Shown piece after piece: positions 54,504-64,000 of a stretch of DNA of 64,000 nt. The position numbers were made by a program, and so were the translations under genes. The notes beneath the pieces were generated by a model that was not told where the DNA came from, did no database searches, and worked only from the letters and a program-made list of their open reading frames with translations. This DNA comes from Balamuthia mandrillaris (Eukaryota). Position 1 is the first letter of the stretch; the number at the start of each line of letters is the position of its first letter. The DNA is taken from positions 248,001-312,000 of the forward strand of contig JAVKOQ020000024.1 of the NCBI GenBank assembly GCA_031835245.2. Direction: 5' to 3'.

Positions 54504-55453
54504 TTAGACGAATTCCTTAAGATAAGACTGGGCAACAATACGAGCTCGCGTGTTGACGGCCAACTTCATCTCGCTGATTTCAGAATCAATGTCAGTCATG
54601 AATTGGACAATAAAGTCCACAATTTTGTGTTTGAACATGGACTCAGTGTGAAAGTTGGTGATGAGGAAGCTGATATCGTAGCCCTGTGCGGTATAACGAC
54701 AAGTGTTGTGATAAAGAGGTAACATTACACGAAGAAGAAGAACAGTATTAGTACCATTAAAACAACAACAAAAATCAAAGACAAGAAAGAGACACAAAAA
54801 AAGAGAAAGGAAGGAATCAACATAAAACACACACAAACCTCAATGGGTTTCCTCCTAAGAACAACGAAGTTCTCAGCACGCTGGGTCAAGAAGCGCATAA
54901 ACTTCTTGCAGAGAATGGTCTCCAGCTCGTCAGCCTGCTTAACGCAAATGCTGATTCTGAGAGAGTTGATCGAGCCTTCGATCAGCACCTTCTCGTTCTT
55001 GTTGCGGCTGATGACGACCGGGTTCAGCAAGAGCTCCTTGTTGGCTCTGTTAGATGGATACAAAAACGCAGCCAAGTCAGCAAAGTTTTTGATTGGAAAT
55101 GCGCTCCCCCCAAAGTATTTCTGTCGGTGCTGCATCTTTCTCTCTCTCGTCCAACAGATCTTCTGCTTACGCCTCTTTTCCTCCTACGTCTTTCATCTTT
55201 GGAACTGTGGAAAGGAGAATACTTGCCTGGCCTCAACCTCAGGCTTGTTGTGCCTCTCCACAACTTGGGACGCAAAGTTCTCCAAGCACATGGCGGCGGT
55301 AAGGGTTTGCCTGATGGCATTAAGGTAGGGCTCCAAAGTAGCAGACTGAAGAAGAACGAAATCAGCTGATTACCCACACACACATACACACACGCACTCA
55401 CTCAAAAAATAAATGCCGCCAAAGGGTAACGCAGAAGAGGGAAGCCGTACCAT
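54504..55453 (-). CDS. ARPC4: Arp2/3 complex subunit 4 (p20-Arc), 4 exons; exon 1 contributes only the ATG
   Basis: [72 protein letters not shown]. Confidence 0.97.
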
Positions 55454-55694
55454 GGCGTGACAAGCTCAAGCGTTGCTTATTTTTCTCTCTCTTTGGCGGT
55501 GGCGGCACCAAACCAAAATTAAAAACAAAGGGGGGGCGTAGGGCTGGGCGAGGGTCGCCCTATGCTGAAAATTGTCAATTTTATCGTGTCGACAAACTGG
55601 ATTCCCATTGGCCCTTTCGGAGTTTTAGCATATTGCACGAGGAGCAGTTTACAACAGAGTCCGTGTCGTCGTGGGTCGAATTGCTTCCTTACTT

Positions 55695-58600
55695 TTATTT
55701 GCGAGTACCCAGCGCAGCAAAAAAGTCATCATCATCATCCATCGCAGCAGGCCTTGCGGTGGTGGTGGTGGTGGTGGTGGAAGGTGTCACAAGCTTGGAC
55801 GAGGCAAACGAGGGAGAAGAAGGGGGCGTAGATCGTGAGGCAGCAAATGCTGCAAAGGGGTCCTCTTCTTCAAAGGCAGAAGCGGGTGCTTGCTTATGGG
55901 TGGCGAATGTTGCGGAAGCTGGGCGTTCCAAAGCGGCGAAGAAATCATCGTCGTCTTCCACCTTGCTCGTCATGCTGTTGTGCCCCATAGAGGAGCCATT
56001 TGAACGAGCTGCAGCCGATACTGCTGTTATTGTTTGGGATGGTTTTTGTGGCGTAGGGGGACGTTCCAGAGCCGCAAAGAAATCGTCGTCTTCCTCATTT
56101 GTCATGTCGTGATGCTGCTTTGAGGAACCGTTTGAGGAAGCTGCAGCTGGCATTGCTGTTGCTTTTTGGGGCTGTTTTTGCGGTGTGGGAGCCCGCTCCA
56201 AAGCCGCAAAGAAATCGTCATCGTCGTCTTTGCTTGTTGTGTTGTGCTGGTTTGAGGAACCATTTGAAGGGGCTGCAGCTGGCATTGCTGTTGCTTGGAG
56301 CTGTATTTGTGACGTAGGAGACCGTTCCGAAGATACAAAGAAATCATCAGCATCATCGTCTTCCTTGGTGGTTGGGTTGTGGTGCTGGTTTGAGGAAACA
56401 TTTGAAGGGGTTGTAGCTGTTTCTGCTGTTGCTGTTTGGGGCAGTTGTGGCGTGGACGACCGTTCCAAAGACACAAAGAAATCGTTGCCATCTTCCTCAT
56501 TTGTTGTGTTGTCGCGGTCCTCCGTTAAAGAAGCAGCTGCAGGTGGCACTGCTATTGCTGCTGGAGGCTGTTTTTGTTGCACAGGAGAGCTGGTAGGATC
56601 CCTACGTTCCAGCTCTGGTTCGATATTCATTTCTTCAATTTTTGGTGTCTCAGCCAAAGACCGAGCGGAATGTACTATTCTGTCATCAGGCTGCCACAGG
56701 GCAGAGGGCTGTAATGCTTCTCTCCATTGCTTGAACGAATCCCCAATAAACTTTTTCCACTCTTCATTTCCAGATAGTACATCGGCAAGCTCTTTTGAAC
56801 AGGTGGCGTCTTTCTGCAGTAGCAAAATGTTTTCAGTCATTGATACCAAGTGACCAATCGCACAGGAATGCTGCCCTATTGCTTTGCTTCTGCATGGATA
56901 TTTCGTTAGCGACTCAATATTCAATAATAAGATTACCCTCAGTTTTCTGAGGATGGGCGGCTTACTGTTGCTGTCCGAGCTGAGCAAATTTTGAGAGCAG
57001 CTTGTATTCTTTGCATAACTATAAAAGGAGAATTGAGTTAACAAATGCAACTTCTCGACCCGCTGCAACATAAAACATACGGGAATAAGCAGAGCTTCAT
57101 GAGTTATTAACATAGCATGAGTTAACATGACGCCGATCTGGTGATGGAGTACGTTGTGTCGGGGTTTGGCAAAGAATACGTCCTGCAAGAAAGAGAGAGA
57201 GAGAGAGTCATTAAACCTTCTGCAAGCACGACGAAGTTGGTACACACCAAACAAGCAGGAAGTACAGAGTTGTCCACAAAGGCTTGAATGAACTGTGGAT
57301 TGTTGGTTGCAAGCGCGCTTGCAAGAACCTCTAATACAGCTAGAGTAACCGTAGGGGAACCTTCGGCAAGTGAGCTTTGAAGAAGGTTTAGGAAGATAGG
57401 CAACTGTGACAGAATAGCATCAAACAAAGCGTTTAGTTCCACAACCAGGGACCGCATGGCCTTAACTTCCGGTGTTACATGCAAAGATAAATCGGCCTCA
57501 CTCGGGCTAGCAGAGTTAGGCTTGAGTGCATCTGGAAGGGTATCGCTTAACAAGTTACCACTATCAGAAGCGGTGCCATTTGTTGCTGCTATGTCTTTGT
57601 TTAAAGTAGATGCCCTCCTTTGTTTGCGCTGGCGAGTAATGCTCCAATCTAGCAACCGCCGTATGCACTCCAAACCGGCTACAAGTTTGAGCTGATGAAA
57701 AAGTGGCCAGTAAGGTAACAGTCATAAGCAAGGTAAAAGTGAACAGAATATCACAAACCGTCTGCTCTTTGACACTCTTCGAGGTAATAAGAGCTAACAG
57801 CTGGTCACAACGCTGTGCAACTTCCAGGATATCCAAGACCAGCGGTGACGTATCCGAAGAGACAGATATCAGTTGAGAAAGGAGTTGAAGGGCATTTGTC
57901 TGTACTGTGCTCACGTGAGAAGCACCAAGCCACTGAAACAGCTTTCCAATAAAGTCTTCTTCTGCAAGCCACTGTGTCAGTTCAGCTGCACTGTCAGCAT
58001 ATTTACTTGCTTACACCTTTTAACAAAAATGGGGTTCATACCTTAGCTACTCCAATTGGCGACACCAGCTCATCTTCAAAGAGGATCAACAGAGGCTCTG
58101 CCAAAGTCTGGCTTGACATAACTGCCTGCAATACAAGGCGATCTACGTAGCCTTTGTGCCCTTTCAGGCAATCAAACGTCTTTTGTGGTCAGTAGCAGAG
58201 AAAAGAGAAGCAAAAAGAGAACGATAGAAGAGAGGGGAGCAGAGAGCAGAGAGCAAAGAAGGGTTACCTGCTTTCTCCTCCGCTTTATCAGCCAAAGAAG
58301 GATCTTACTCATATGTTGACAAGAGAGGCTGTTCAAAGGAGGATCTCTGTCCAAAAAGTCAAGCATGTGATGCAGCAAGCCGGTAGCAGCAGCGTCGTCG
58401 TCGCTGCCCAAGAAGGCGTCCATGAGGGTGTCCACCTCCAGGCAAAACATTTCGCAACAAAGAAAGGCATACCTGCCGTTACATCAAGGAGAAGGTTACC
58501 GTAGGCATATATACATCGCTGCGTTTCATGGAACGCTAGGTCCTGCCTTTGGCAATGGAGAACACACACACGACAGCACGTACCTGAACCTCTGCTCCGG

Positions 58601-58972
58601 GGTGGTCAAGTTGTGGCCGCCTTCCTCCTCCGTGAAGCTTACCGTTTCATCGAACAAGGCAAGGTCAACAAGTTTTTCTCGCACGCCCCTCTCCAATATA
58701 CTTCACACACAAAGGGAGAGAGAGAGAGAGAGAGAGTTCATGAGCGGAGACAAAAGGAGGGATCAACCAAAGGCATATGACCTGCCTTAAACAGAAAAAA
58801 AAAAGGAGGAGAGGGCGACGTACAGAGAGAGCAGCTTCGGGTTTGGCAACTTCACCTGCGTCAAAAAGTCTTCCTCTTCCAAGAACTCCAGGGTAAAGTG
58901 GCTCTTCTGCTCTATCATGTCCTGCAGGTGCAGGCTCTCCCCCAAGGAGGCCAGCAGGTCGAAGGCGTTCAT
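55695..58972 (-). CDS. SIT4-associated / PP6 regulatory subunit (SAPS domain)-like protein with a repetitive C-terminal tail
   Basis: FTLEFLEEEDFLTQVKLPNPKLL, RFRYAFLCCEMF, DFLDRDPPLNSL, DVFFAKPRHNVLH and WKKFI match the SAPS motif order, though divergent. Confidence 0.75.
55700..56500 (-). repeat. Coding tandem repeat of 129-138 bp (43-46 aa) units carrying DDDFF(A/V)(A/S)LER
   Basis: FF motif positions at about 56475, 56337, 56208, 56076 and 55938, plus a terminal copy near 55720. Confidence 0.88.
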
Positions 58973-59282
58973 TCTTCCTTGAGGCGGTCTTTCTGCTGCT
59001 TCTTCTGCTGCTTCTTGGATGCCGCCGCCGCCGCCGCCGCTGTTCGCCTTTCTGGCGTCCGCCTTTTGGAGAAGTTGTCGACAAAAAGCACATACACTAA
59101 TAGGTTGGGTATACTTGGAAGGGAAAAGGCAAGACTACCCCTCAAGTCAGCGGTGTCGGCAAAAAGGCGGCCCCTTCCTCATTTCCCGTTCCACAAGAAA
59201 AAGCGACGACGAGCACAGCAGCACGCACCACAGAAGCTTGCCTCTGCCCCACCCTTGCACCCACACCTCACCAGCTACGAAC

Positions 59283-60973
59283 ATGCAAAGAGGCACTATT
59301 TTGATGATGAGACGGGGAACTCCTCTTGCTTCTTTCCCTTGCGGCGGCGGGCTGGAGGCACGCCCCGTGATGTTCAACGGCATGGCGAAGCGTTTCCAGT
59401 CTTCCTCCACTCAGCGCCCTGCCGTCCTCATCAACAAGCACACCAAGGTTATTTGCCAGGGCTTCACCGGTAAGCAGGTACGTGCTTTCTTCTCTTCGGC
59501 CGCCGGTTGTTTGTGGAAGCCAAGGGCCACGCACTTAATTCTCACGCCGCACTCTGGAATAAAAATAATAATAGGGCACTTTTCACAGCAAACAAGCCAT
59601 CGAGTACGGCACAAAGATGGTGGGTGGTGTTTCTCCTGGAAAGGGTGGCCAAACTCACTTGGACCTGCCTGTATTCAACTCTGTTGCTGAGGTCTATCCT
59701 TCTCCCTTTTTACCTGTCTCTCTCTCTCTCTCTGTTGGGTGTGCTCTGTACCTTTCCTTCTGTCTTTCTTTTCTTCACTGTGGGAGCAAGCACTCACTTG
59801 ACGTATTTCCTCGTTTTCTCTGTGTAACAGGCTAAGAAGCAGACCGACGCCAACGCTACAGTGATTTATGTGCCTCCTCCATTTGCGGCCAAGGCCATTG
59901 AGGAGGCCATTGACGCTGAGATGGAGCTGGCGGTTTGCATCACGGAGGGCATTCCCCAACAAGACATGGTGCGTGTGAAACAGAGACTGTTGTCGCCCAA
60001 CTGTAAGACCCGCCTCATTGGCCCCAACTGCCCTGGTATCATCAAACCTGGAGAGTGCAAGATTGGCATCATGCCTGGTCACATCCACACCCCCGGCAAG
60101 ATTGGTTTGTTTTTTTTTTCTCTCTTTTTGTTCTGTTCCCAGGGCCAACTTTCGTGCTTACTTTGCATGTTCGCTTTTTAACACAAAGGTATCGTTTCAA
60201 GGTCTGGCACACTGACCTACGAGGCTGTTGCTCAAACCACCGCTGTTGGTTTGGGTCAATCTACATGTGTTGGTATTGGTGGTGACCCTTTCAACGGTAC
60301 TGACTTTGTGGATATTTTGAAACTGTTTGCTAAGGATCCTGAAACGAAAGGTTTTATTCGCTTCACCTCCCATACCACTGGTTGCGTCTCACTTTTCTCT
60401 CCCCTCCTTCCTGTTCTTTCTCCGTCTGTGGTACACAAAAGGCATCATTTTGATTGGAGAAATCGGAGGCTCCGCTGAAGAGCAAGCCGCCCAGTACCTG
60501 AAGGAGAATCCCATTGGCAAGCCTGTCGTATCCTTCATTGCTGGTCTTACCGCTCCCCCTGGCCGTCGCATGGGTTTGTTCGCAAAACACAATCTGATCT
60601 CTCTCTCTCTTTCTCTTGCACTTCCGTCCTTTCTCTTTCTCTTTCTCTTTCTCTTTCTCTTTCTCTTTCTCTTTCTCTTTCTCTTTCTCTTTCTCTTTCT
60701 CTTTCTCTTTCTCTTTCTCTTTCTCTTTCTCTTTCTCTTTCTCTTTCTCTTTCTCTTTCTCTTTCTCTTTCTCTTTCTCTTTCTCTTTCTCTTTCTCTGC
60801 CACGCATCTTGTACTCATTTTGCTGTTAAAAAGGTCATGCTGGCGCTATCATCTCCGGAGGAAAGGGAACGGCAGCAGACAAGATCCATGCTCTCAGAGA
60901 GGCTGGTGTGATCATATCGGAGTCGCCAGCCAAGCTTGGCCAGACCATGCTTGCTGCCATGAACAAGCTGTGA
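59283..60973 (+). CDS. SUCLG1: Succinyl-CoA ligase alpha subunit, mitochondrial
   Basis: [78 protein letters not shown] (active-site His). Confidence 0.98.
60629..60797. repeat. (CTTTCT)n microsatellite in the last SUCLG1 intron
   Basis: Read directly. Confidence 0.95.
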
Positions 60974-61078
60974 AAGCCATCGTAAACGCAAATCCACAAG
61001 CGTGGCCCTATTGTGCTTTTTCTTTTTTCCAAAACAAAAATTTACAGCATAAAAGAGAGGCAACAAGCAAGTACGCCG

Positions 61079-61523
61079 CTAAGAAGAGGATGCTTGGCTC
61101 ACAGTGATAAGAGGAGGGGCACATGGATGGAAATAGATAGTTTGGAGTGGTGCTTCTGTCAGCGAAAGAGATAGGCGCCATCGGTTGAGGCAATAGGTGG
61201 CCGCTGAAGGGAAACACACACACAATGTAAAGCAGGCCTCAGCAGCAGGAGCCAAGTTCTCCAAGGTTTGTGTGGCAGCTCCCTGCCAAAAATAGGCTCG
61301 ACTGGGGGGTTGCTTGCCCGGCCGCACAAACGCAGCTGTCTGTTGTGCAAAAAAGTGTTGTGGTGGTTGCTGGTGGTGATGGTGGGCGGAGGAGAAGGCA
61401 TCCTCGCCAGGTTCCAGGCTTTCCAACGTGGGACGCAATGTGCGGTGGATAGACATGTTTTTAACACTTACGCTCACCTCTACCACACATATTCTGCAGA
61501 GTTGGCGCATTTGGGTTGTTAGA

Positions 61524-61554
<31 letters not shown>

Positions 61555-63702
61555 CGTGGGGACAAACCCAAAGTTTTCAAAGTCATGGGCGACGTGTGTA
61601 GGGGCTTGCATTGAAAACCGAAGTAAGGCGGAGAGAGGAGGCTCGCTACGCTTTCTATCGATTGACTTGAAGAGAGAGTTTTGGAGAAGATGGGCAGAAC
61701 GGAGTGTAGGAACATGACAAAGCGGGGCCAAGCGGGGTTGCGCCACAAAGGGCACAGATAAGACGTTCTGCTGACCAATGTGTTGCCCGTTGGAAGTCTG
61801 CCAAAACACCACCATATCCACATATTGAGGTTTGACGGTGTTGCCGCCCGACTTAAATTCGGTGGAAACACTCCCACGCGGTGATACAGGAGAGATATCC
61901 TGTTCTACAGGGGTTCCCCAAGGATCAACCGCCTGCTCGGCTCTTCTGTGCTCGTAACGGGCTGTTTGCCACTCTCCTTTCAAAAAGTCAATATATGGGG
62001 TTGCGGTACTATCAACACCTTGTGTGTTCTGGTGGGTGGAGTGAATAATCAGTAAACATAAACTAGAGGGAGAGGGAGAGAACTAAATGAGAAAGAAAAG
62101 ACAGGCACGTACAAGACATAGATTGGTGTGAACTAAAACAGTTTCATCCGAGTCAGGCTTGGGAAGAGTACTGGGCAAAAGCCGGAAAAGCAAGGTTGTA
62201 GTTTGCTTGGGTCCAATGGTCATGTCCTGCATTACGCGCGTGGAATCCTCTTGCGAGGAGTCTCGCTGAGTGGTTAAGGATTGAGCAAGTGCATCCTCCT
62301 GGTAGGTCAAAGGCGTCAACGTCCAATAGGCAGAAATGAGGGAAATTTGAAGGCAACGAAAGAAGCAGGCCGTGCCGTCATTTACGTTGGCGAGATCCAG
62401 CCCAAGCACGTAGGAGTTCACATCGGCAACGCTTTCCTTGACAAAGGAAGTCAATTGCAGCGAGGGTTTGACTTGAAAGGTTTCCGAAACTTTGGCGAGA
62501 CGGTACTTCATTTCTGGGTTTTCCTTGATGGGTTCGTAGTAAAAGAGGAAGCGGAAGGCATGCCCTCCCGTGACTGCACCACGAACCCAAACAGGCACCG
62601 TAACGGTGGCCCCAGGAGCCAACCCTTGCAGATATGGTAGCTCTATAATGCTAGGGTCAGTCAGTTGCCCTACAATAGAGGGTCCATTAATACTTCCATC
62701 GGATCCTTCATTTCGCCCTGGCGTTGATAGCTTGTACTTGAAGGAGGGGTTGGGATGAAGCTGACTTTCTGTGGACGTGAAGCCATCCTCTTCTTGCTCC
62801 TCCTCTTCCTTCTTTGTCTTACCGGTAGTCCACACATCTCCAAAAGGTAGCAGAGGAAGTGATCCATTGCCATCTGCCTGACTGGTCGCGGTGGAGGCAG
62901 AAGAGGATGCTGCTGAACCAGAAACTACAGAGTCGTTTGGTGTGCCTAAAACAAAAAAGTGAGGGTGTGATAGCTTCACTTTGGCATTTTGCAGCGGCAT
63001 TTGGCCCTTGTTGCTGATTGTAAGGTCTAGCCGCCGCAGCTCTCCTTGTAGCATATAGTTGGGAAAGTGAGCAAAAGAAACCTGCAATAGTGGCATTGGC
63101 CGGGTCACCCGTATGCTCAACTGGTAACTTTCTCCGTCTGCACTAGAAGCTGAGGACTCAGCATTAGCTGCCCCCGAATTTTCCGTAGGAGAGGGTCCCG
63201 ATGTTGTTTGGGAGGCAGCCATGGCTATGTTGCGCCAGCTGCGGGGAAGTTTAAAGTATTGCTGTCCCCACACTAGACCGCACAGGTAGAATCCTATTCC
63301 TTTGATGTGTAGCGTCCCTCGCTTTAATGCTACCACCGGGAACAATAGCTACAACATTTAAATCATTTGGAAAAGAAAAATGTCGTGAGCGTTGACCACA
63401 AAGAGGGACAGGAATTAGTTGGCAGCACGTACCTTTTTCTTCTCTCCAGGTCGCAACACCAAGTCAAAAGGCTCAACCTCAAAGGCAACCTCGCCGCCAC
63501 TTTCCTCATCAGAGGGTTGCGCAGACGGAGTCGAGGGAAGTTCATGCTCGCATACCAATTGCAGCTGAGTAAATTGGATAGGCACCTGGAGAGGGTTTCT
63601 TACTTCTACTTCAACATAAATATATTCTACATTATAGTTGGGGTGGTATAATGGGTGGAGGCAAGAAGTTGGGGTGAGCACATGAAATGGTAATGTACAG
63701 AG

Positions 63703-63740
<38 letters not shown>

Positions 63741-64000
63741 TATGTAGGCACCTTCCACAACAGAAATGAGCTGACTGTCTAAAGAGGCCGAACCAGCAGC
63801 AGCAGCAAGAGCTTTCTTCCGTGCTTTTAGATCGCTACCAAATAGCAAGTCCTCAGTCATGGCCTGCCACTCACGAGTTTGAAGAGGCTGGTTGGCACTG
63901 TCAAAGTTGGTGAGGTAAACGCGGATAGAATTGCTGTTGATATAGGGGACGGGGAGATCAGATGCCGCCAAATGAGACTGTCCAGTTGTTGATGGTCCTG
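61079..64000 (-). CDS. TRAPPC8: TRAPP III subunit TRAPPC8/Trs85, 3' part (5' end outside the window)
   Basis: LPVPYIN, VVE|EYIYVEVEVRNPLQVPI, GTLHIKGI, PMPLLQVSFAHFP..LQGELRRL..SNKG, FLFYYE, HDF, YFWQG, YCLNRW. Confidence 0.8.

Noticed and set aside
55700..56500. Regularly spaced repeats as a CRISPR-like array or mobile element
   Set aside because: The units are degenerate in-frame coding repeats in a eukaryotic gene, with no cas or transposase genes nearby.
59692..59830. Donor GTCTATCCTT in SUCLG1 (also GTATCTCC in SEC24 and GTATTCC in NUP93) as possible U12-type introns
   Set aside because: None matches RTATCCTT at +1, and no TCCTTAAC branch site or AT-AC intron was found.
60959..60985. 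SUCLG1 C-terminal -NKL as a peroxisomal targeting signal
   Set aside because: It is a weak, non-consensus PTS1 on a protein with a clear mitochondrial presequence, with no supporting readthrough context.

Overview
Gene-dense, intron-rich eukaryotic nuclear DNA using the standard code. The compact genes, short spliceosomal introns and CT-rich microsatellites suggest a free-living protist, possibly an amoebozoan (inference only). I rebuilt about 25 protein-coding genes by hand-splicing against conserved motifs: SAC3/THP3 (LENG8-like), eEF1B-gamma, ERD2, an F-box protein, a tail-anchored C2 protein, UTP15, G3BP-like, HscB, ferrochelatase, a TYSND1/DEG15-like protease, UTP21/WDR36, an eIF4B-like protein, a START protein, FAM32A, an unknown mitochondrial-type protein, SEC24, an ENT transporter, Era, PRPF6, a syntaxin-7-like SNARE, NUP93, ARPC4, a SAPS/PP6R-like protein, SUCLG1 and TRAPPC8 (partial), plus one partial unknown gene. 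No tRNA, rRNA, transposon or CRISPR is evident, and I found no clearly novel multi-gene system. The best leads are non-coding or architectural: (1) a palindromic TGTCGACA/TGTCGTCA motif concentrated upstream of start codons; (2) introns with A-rich 3' ends, frequent AAG acceptors and mid-intron pyrimidine tracts; (3) a structured GC-AG intron in ARPC4 with a competing unproductive GT donor; (4) an RRM-less DRYG-repeat eIF4B; (5) a repeated DDDFFAALER motif in the SAPS protein. All exon boundaries are manual predictions without transcript support.
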